Source of the DNA: an uncultured virus (IMG/VR IMGVR_UViG_649633043_000004)
Taxonomy: Duplodnaviria > Heunggongvirae > Uroviricota > Caudoviricetes
Reading direction: 5' to 3' (one strand)
IMG/VR virus record: IMGVR_UViG_649633043_000004
DNA: 20,000 nt
A model generated the notes under the pieces. The model made no database searches and was not told the origin of the DNA. It saw nothing but the letters and a program-made list of their open reading frames with translations. The position numbers and the translations under genes were made by a program. Positions within the stretch are counted from its first letter, which is position 1. The number at the start of each line of letters is the position of its first letter. Shown here in pieces: positions 15,926 to 20,000 of this stretch.

Positions 15926-17487
15926 CCACTATCCCGGCGTCCCGGACGCGCTTTTCCTCCACTCCTATCACAGAGAAAAAGAAACGCAAGGTCGCCGGAT
16001 ACGCCCGCGTCTCAACAGACCATGACGACCAGTTCACGAGCTACGAGGCGCAGATCGATTATTACACCAACTACATCAAGGGCCGCGACGACTGGGAATT
16101 CGTGAACGTCTACACGGACGAAGGAATCAGCGGAACCGGCATCAAGAAGAGAATTGGATTCCAGAACATGATCGAGGACGCGCTCGCTGGGAAGATCGAC
16201 CTGATCGTCACCAAGAGCGTCAGCCGCTTCGCCCGGAACACCGTCGACAGCCTGACAACCATCCGGAAACTCAAGGAAAACGGCGTCGAATGCTACTTTG
16301 AAAAAGAGAACATCTGGACCTTCGACGGAAAAGGTGAATTGCTGATCACCATCATGTCGAGCCTTGCGCAGGAGGAATCCCGTAGCATTTCCGAGAACTG
16401 CACCTGGGGACAACGTAAGCGATTCGCAGACGGCAAGGTGACGGTTCCGTTCCACCGGTTTCTCGGCTACGACCGCGGTCCGAATGGCGAGCTCATCGTC
16501 AACCCAGAGGAGGCAGAAACCGTCCGCCGCATCTACCGGCTCTTCCTGCAGGGCCTGACCTACAACGGCATCGCCAAGCAGCTTACCAATGACGGCATCA
16601 AGACACCCGGCGGCAAGGATCACTGGAGCATCAGTACCGTCAAGTCCATCCTCGGAAACGAGAAATACAAGGGCGACGCCCTGCTGCAGAAATCCTACAC
16701 AGTCGACTACCTCACGAAAAAGACGAAGGTCAACGAGGGCGAAATCCCGCAGTACTACGTGGAAGGCGACCATGAAGCGATCATCGCACCGGAGACCTTC
16801 GACCTGGTCCAGCGCGAGATGAAGAAGCGCGGCAACGGCATCATGTACCACAGCGGCGTACACGTCTTCTCCAGCAAAATCCGCTGCGGGCAGTGCGGCT
16901 CCTTCTACGGCTCCAAGGTCTGGCATTCCAACAGCAAATATCGGAAAACTATCTGGCGCTGTAACCATAAATACGATGGCTGCAAGAAATGCACCACGCC
17001 AGCCATAGACGACAGCGAAGTGAAAACCGCGTTCCTCTCGGCGGTGAACAAGCTGCTTGAAACAAAAGCCGAGGTCATCGCCAACGGCAAAGAGATGCTA
17101 CCGTTCCTCTTCAAGACCGACGAACTGGAAGCCGAGCGCGACCGGCTCCTGGATGAGGCACAGATGGTGGCGGACGCAGTGCAGCAAAACATCGTGGAGA
17201 ACGCCCGGACGGCTCTCGACCAGAACGCCTATAAGAAGCACTACGACGACCTTGCCGACCGGTACGATAAGCTCAAGACCCGCATCGAAGAGCTCACCGC
17301 AAAAATCGAAGAAACTCAATCCCGGAAAGCCGGGTACGAGGACTTCCTCAAGGCATTCGAAAACACGCCCGAGAGCCTGACGGAATTCTCCCTCGATGCC
17401 TTCAACGGACTCGTCGATCACCTGACGATCTACGCCAATGACGACATCCGCTTCACCTTCCGCAATGGACAGGAAATCAAAGCCTAA
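15904..17487 (+). CDS. Large serine recombinase 2 (integrase-like, with Zn ribbon and coiled coil)
   Basis: 527 aa, TTG start with AAGGAG RBS, 22-nt overlap with recombinase 1. Motifs 'AGYARVST', 'YTDEGISGT', 'KSVSRFARN', 'SLAQEESRSISEN', 'ILGNEKYKG', Zn ribbon CGQC...WRC...C, and a long heptad coiled coil before 'I.FTF.NG'. Confidence 0.95.
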   Translation: MEQQKKVTTIPASRTRFSSTPITEKKKRKVAGYARVSTDHDDQFTSYEAQIDYYTNYIKGRDDWEFVNVYTDEGISGTGIKKRIGFQNMIEDALAGKIDLIVTKSVSRFARNTVDSLTTIRKLKENGVECYFEKENIWTFDGKGELLITIMSSLAQEESRSISENCTWGQRKRFADGKVTVPFHRFLGYDRGPNGELIVNPEEAETVRRIYRLFLQGLTYNGIAKQLTNDGIKTPGGKDHWSISTVKSILGNEKYKGDALLQKSYTVDYLTKKTKVNEGEIPQYYVEGDHEAIIAPETFDLVQREMKKRGNGIMYHSGVHVFSSKIRCGQCGSFYGSKVWHSNSKYRKTIWRCNHKYDGCKKCTTPAIDDSEVKTAFLSAVNKLLETKAEVIANGKEMLPFLFKTDELEAERDRLLDEAQMVADAVQQNIVENARTALDQNAYKKHYDDLADRYDKLKTRIEELTAKIEETQSRKAGYEDFLKAFENTPESLTEFSLDAFNGLVDHLTIYANDDIRFTFRNGQEIKA

Positions 17488-17530
17488 AGAAGGCCTGACT
17501 GCCGACGAAGTGCTGGTGGTCAGGCTTTCT
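17488..17530. terminator. Hairpin between convergent genes (probable terminator)
   Basis: AGAAGGCCTGACTGCC-11 nt loop-GGTGGTCAGGCTTTCT is a 16-bp stem with 3 G-U pairs. It fills the gap between the stop of recombinase 2 and the stop of the convergent ORF. Confidence 0.7.
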
Positions 17531-17531
17531 C

Positions 17532-17858
17532 TCATGCGATTAAACGCTGTACATTTTTTACAATAGCAGGACCACCTGTTGCTAACCCGACAACTCCAAG
17601 ACTCATCGCTCCAAAAATGATAACTCCTTGCCAAACTTCCTGTGCATGACGATCATAGTTCTGATCAAGTGCCTCAAGTTTTTCCTTTGTAGTCATATCT
17701 TTGGCTTCCTCAATCAGCTTTGCCTTCTGATCATACTTACTCTTAGATACTGCATAAAGGCTACTCCCAGCCTTATGAATCTGATTCTGTATAACCTGAG
17801 CGTTGAATTCATATGCATCGAATTCTGAATCATTCTGAATTACATCATATTCTGTCAT
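17532..17858 (-). CDS. Hypothetical protein with C-terminal Gly-rich hydrophobic (membrane) segment
   Basis: 108 aa with a GGAGGA RBS on the - strand. Charged helical N-terminal part, then 'VWQGVIIFGAMSLGVVGLATGGPAIV'. Confidence 0.75.
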   Translation of the reverse strand: MTEYDVIQNDSEFDAYEFNAQVIQNQIHKAGSSLYAVSKSKYDQKAKLIEEAKDMTTKEKLEALDQNYDRHAQEVWQGVIIFGAMSLGVVGLATGGPAIVKNVQRLIA

Positions 17859-17897
17859 AAATACATCCTCCGTTTTTTTATTACGCAGGTATCATCA

Positions 17898-17926
17898 TTG
17901 ATATCTGCTCTTGTTTCTGTTATCAT
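17898..17926 (+). promoter_or_regulatory. Sigma-A type promoter for the XRE-like gene
   Basis: TTGATA (17898-17903), 17 bp spacer, TATCAT (17921-17926), with an extended -10 TG at 17918-17919. Confidence 0.65.
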
Positions 17927-17953
17927 GTTACCAGACAATAATGTCTGTTACAA
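17925..17953 (-). promoter_or_regulatory. Sigma-A type promoter for the 108-aa gene, with palindromic operator in its spacer
   Basis: On the - strand: TTGTAA (17953-17948), 17 bp spacer, TAACAT (17930-17925), with an extended TG. The spacer is almost entirely the inverted repeat CAGACA-ataa-TGTCTG (17932-17947). Confidence 0.55.
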
Positions 17954-17987
17954 CTGACAAAAAAGGTCAATAATGTCCGGAGGAATT

Positions 17988-18551
17988 ATGGCTAACAAAA
18001 AATCAGAAAAAGTACCAATCAGCAGAGACTGCTTTTTAAGAATAATCCATGAAAAGGGATATACTGTAGAAGAACTTGGTGAACAGCCCCAAATTGATCG
18101 CAGCGGAAAAACAATTCAAAGAAGTCTCAGTGCCGGAGAAATGAGTCCGGAACTACTTGACCGCATCGGGAAATTTCTTAATGTTGATCCTACTTATCTT
18201 GCTGGGGAATATGATAGAAAATTTGAAGAAATGAAAGACTCTCTTCCTTCTCCTGACTTGACTCATTACCTGTGGACAAGAACAGACCGTTTCCCTTATT
18301 CCAAACACGAGACCGAAAACATCGATTATAAGGAATATTTACTGGACACGCTATTAATTAACAACATCTCTAAAGAACAATTTTTTGCTTTGGAGCCGCA
18401 AAAGAAGAGATCCTTTCAGTTTGATCTTGGTCTTGCCCTTCATAATGTAATAAAACAATATTTTGATGTGGATTCACAAGGCAAAAATGTAGAAGAATTT
18501 GGAATGATTTCTGAAGGTTTGACCATGCTTATGGGAGATTGGATCAAATAA
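17988..18551 (+). CDS. XRE/Cro-like helix-turn-helix protein with unknown C-terminal domain
   Basis: 187 aa from ATG 17988 (GGAGGA RBS). 'IIHEKGYTVEELG....I.RS.KTIQR.L..G.M....LD.IGKFLNVDPTYL.G' fits an XRE five-helix pattern. Confidence 0.7.
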   Translation: MANKKSEKVPISRDCFLRIIHEKGYTVEELGEQPQIDRSGKTIQRSLSAGEMSPELLDRIGKFLNVDPTYLAGEYDRKFEEMKDSLPSPDLTHYLWTRTDRFPYSKHETENIDYKEYLLDTLLINNISKEQFFALEPQKKRSFQFDLGLALHNVIKQYFDVDSQGKNVEEFGMISEGLTMLMGDWIK

Positions 18552-18573
18552 TCTCCAAAACAATATCAATTCA

Positions 18574-18616
18574 AAAAGTGCCTGACTGTCTGAGCTAAAC
18601 CCGTGGCCAGGCGTTT
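18574..18616 (-). terminator. Probable terminator of the 459-aa gene
   Basis: On the - strand: GCCTGGC...GTCAGGC stem followed by ACTTTTT, located between two convergent stop codons. Confidence 0.5.
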
Positions 18617-18620
18617 CACT

Positions 18621-20000
18621 TTATTCAAAAACAACTATGTAATCAGCGGAAACATCATCAAATGTCTTATCCACTGATTCAATAACTTCTCTAAGTTCCT
18701 CGTCGATAATCCCACGTACATAGGCATCTCGTGCATTCGGTTTCTCCAGAATCACCCATTTTAATTGCTGGTACGAGTATTTTGCAAAGGCTATCCACTG
18801 CGGATAATTGATGGCCATAGGATTCTTGGTGAAGAAAACTTTTCCTGCATTTACAGCAGTAGCGGCTGAATGCCCGATAAACAACATCGTCGTCAGTTTT
18901 GGATTCTTGTCTCGATTTGTAGAAAACGGAATAGATTCTTTTACGCTATGTCCCTCCTTGATCCGTTTAATCGAGTACCCAATTCGCGTCACAACCTCGA
19001 CAATCATCACTGGAATTGAAAGCGTACAGAAATGGATGAAGTCATAACCCTCATAATACATTCCCTGTACAATCTCTGCGATGGTCTGCTCCTCCTCGCT
19101 AATTGATCCAAACTGCATCAAATTGAACAATGCCATCATTGGTGCCGGTAATCCCATTGATGTTATTATGTCAGACTTGTAATGAATGATCTGCTTTGCA
19201 ATAGCCGCGAATATGTCGCTTTCCTTGCGATCAGCGTAGTTCTCCATGACCTGCGAGACGATCTTACCCGTCCTGCCAATCGTGGTCATTCTCCCGGTAA
19301 GAATATCCGACACTCCAAAGATTAATCCCAGCAGAGGATCATGCCCCAAGGACATCAGCCTGTGATAGTAAGCCGATAATCCATCAACGTATATCTTCGT
19401 GTTCCGGTTATCCTGGGCATCATAAGGAACTTTGCTGACCTTGGAATTGGCAAGCTTCTCCATTTCTTCTTCCGGGAACTTCTTGTCAAATTGATCGCGG
19501 ATAAAGTTGGCAAGAGTACCGCCCTTGAGACCTTCCGGTGTTTTCTGCGGTATTCCAATGAGAAGTATGTCTGCAGCAGCACCGAGCAGACCAGCTGCCA
19601 CACATATGGCAATGTCGTATTTATCCAGATGATACAACTGATTGTATTCGTAATTCAGCTGATGACCTGCCCACTCATTACTCAAAAGCTCCTCTGGCGT
19701 GAATAGTTCCTCCAGATCATGTCCTGTGCCGACATGCGCCTCGGCTTCTTTGCATAAGTTCTCCCAAGAAGGAACCACCATAACCTTGTGTGGTTGTTCG
19801 GCAGGAACTTGCAGACCGGATGTCCTTAAAGAAGCAAGTTGATCCCCGTATTCAAGATTTTTTAAAAGCTCTTCGCTCTCAGATATTCGGGCGTCAATTT
19901 CGGAATGATCTGGTCGATTAATCTCGCGGAGCTCTTTATCCTGATGAGCCAGTACAGTATTTATCTGCCGCTCAATTTCTGAATATTCAAATTTACTCAT
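18621..20000 (-). CDS. Hypothetical protein with several hydrophobic segments and an 'HRxxxxGHDP' motif
   Basis: 459-aa ORF. The ATG is at the window edge, so the RBS and true start cannot be checked. Charged helical N-terminus and hydrophobic stretches (AICVAAGLLGAAADILLIG, LLGLIFGV, LSIPVMIVEVV). Motifs PYD, HRLMSLGHDP and GLPAP. Confidence 0.8.
   Translation of the reverse strand: MSKFEYSEIERQINTVLAHQDKELREINRPDHSEIDARISESEELLKNLEYGDQLASLRTSGLQVPAEQPHKVMVVPSWENLCKEAEAHVGTGHDLEELFTPEELLSNEWAGHQLNYEYNQLYHLDKYDIAICVAAGLLGAAADILLIGIPQKTPEGLKGGTLANFIRDQFDKKFPEEEMEKLANSKVSKVPYDAQDNRNTKIYVDGLSAYYHRLMSLGHDPLLGLIFGVSDILTGRMTTIGRTGKIVSQVMENYADRKESDIFAAIAKQIIHYKSDIITSMGLPAPMMALFNLMQFGSISEEEQTIAEIVQGMYYEGYDFIHFCTLSIPVMIVEVVTRIGYSIKRIKEGHSVKESIPFSTNRDKNPKLTTMLFIGHSAATAVNAGKVFFTKNPMAINYPQWIAFAKYSYQQLKWVILEKPNARDAYVRGIIDEELREVIESVDKTFDDVSADYIVVFE

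Larger units (their letters stand above)
1..17530 (+). mobile_element. Temperate siphovirus prophage (late genes, lysis and integration module); extends beyond the left edge, right boundary not determined
   Basis: Canonical head, neck, tail, lysis gene order on one strand, with tight overlaps and no visible gene disruption, followed by serine recombinases and a compositional shift. Confidence 0.9.

Noticed and set aside
16012..16968. 318-aa antisense ORF inside recombinase 2 (and similar antisense ORFs at 2638-3486, 4603-5301, 7005-7736, 15185-15904)
   Set aside because: These fully overlap well-supported + strand genes and show no recognisable motifs. They are the shadow ORFs expected from GC-rich third codon positions.
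17488..17987. attR site of the prophage
   Set aside because: Inverted repeats are present but are adequately explained as a terminator and operators. An att site cannot be assigned without the other prophage end or an empty allele.
1..20000. CRISPR array, tRNA/rRNA genes, IS elements, alternative genetic code
   Set aside because: I saw no regularly spaced repeats, RNA-gene signatures or transposase motifs. Genes are full length and tightly packed under the standard code.

Overview
Right-hand part of a temperate siphovirus-type prophage from a Firmicutes (probably Clostridia-like) host. From 1 to about 17.5 kb all genes lie on the + strand. They are: the end of the major capsid gene, four head-tail joining genes, the major tail protein, a tail assembly chaperone with a -1 frameshift extension, the tape measure, a distal tail protein with inserted domains, a Tal-like protein, two small paralogous tail-tip proteins, a large GH18 glycoside hydrolase with inserted domains, a holin and a GH25-CW_7-LysM endolysin. 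A four-gene recombination cassette follows (HTH/Zn-finger protein, SHOCT-like micro-protein, two large serine recombinases). After a hairpin at about 17.5 kb the DNA becomes visibly more AT-rich. This part carries a divergent gene pair (small membrane-anchored protein and XRE-like regulator) with overlapping promoters and a palindromic operator, plus a 459-aa hypothetical protein. The most unusual items are: (i) recombinase 1 has a duplicated Zn-ribbon module and no coiled coil, and a free micro-protein next to it resembles a coiled-coil tip; (ii) an apparent carbohydrate-binding beta-sandwich is split between Tal and two alternative downstream half-domains, one of them in frame across a single TGA; (iii) a GH18 barrel in the tail module is interrupted by roughly 470 aa of extra domains. 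All family assignments are by-eye motif recognition; no database search was run.
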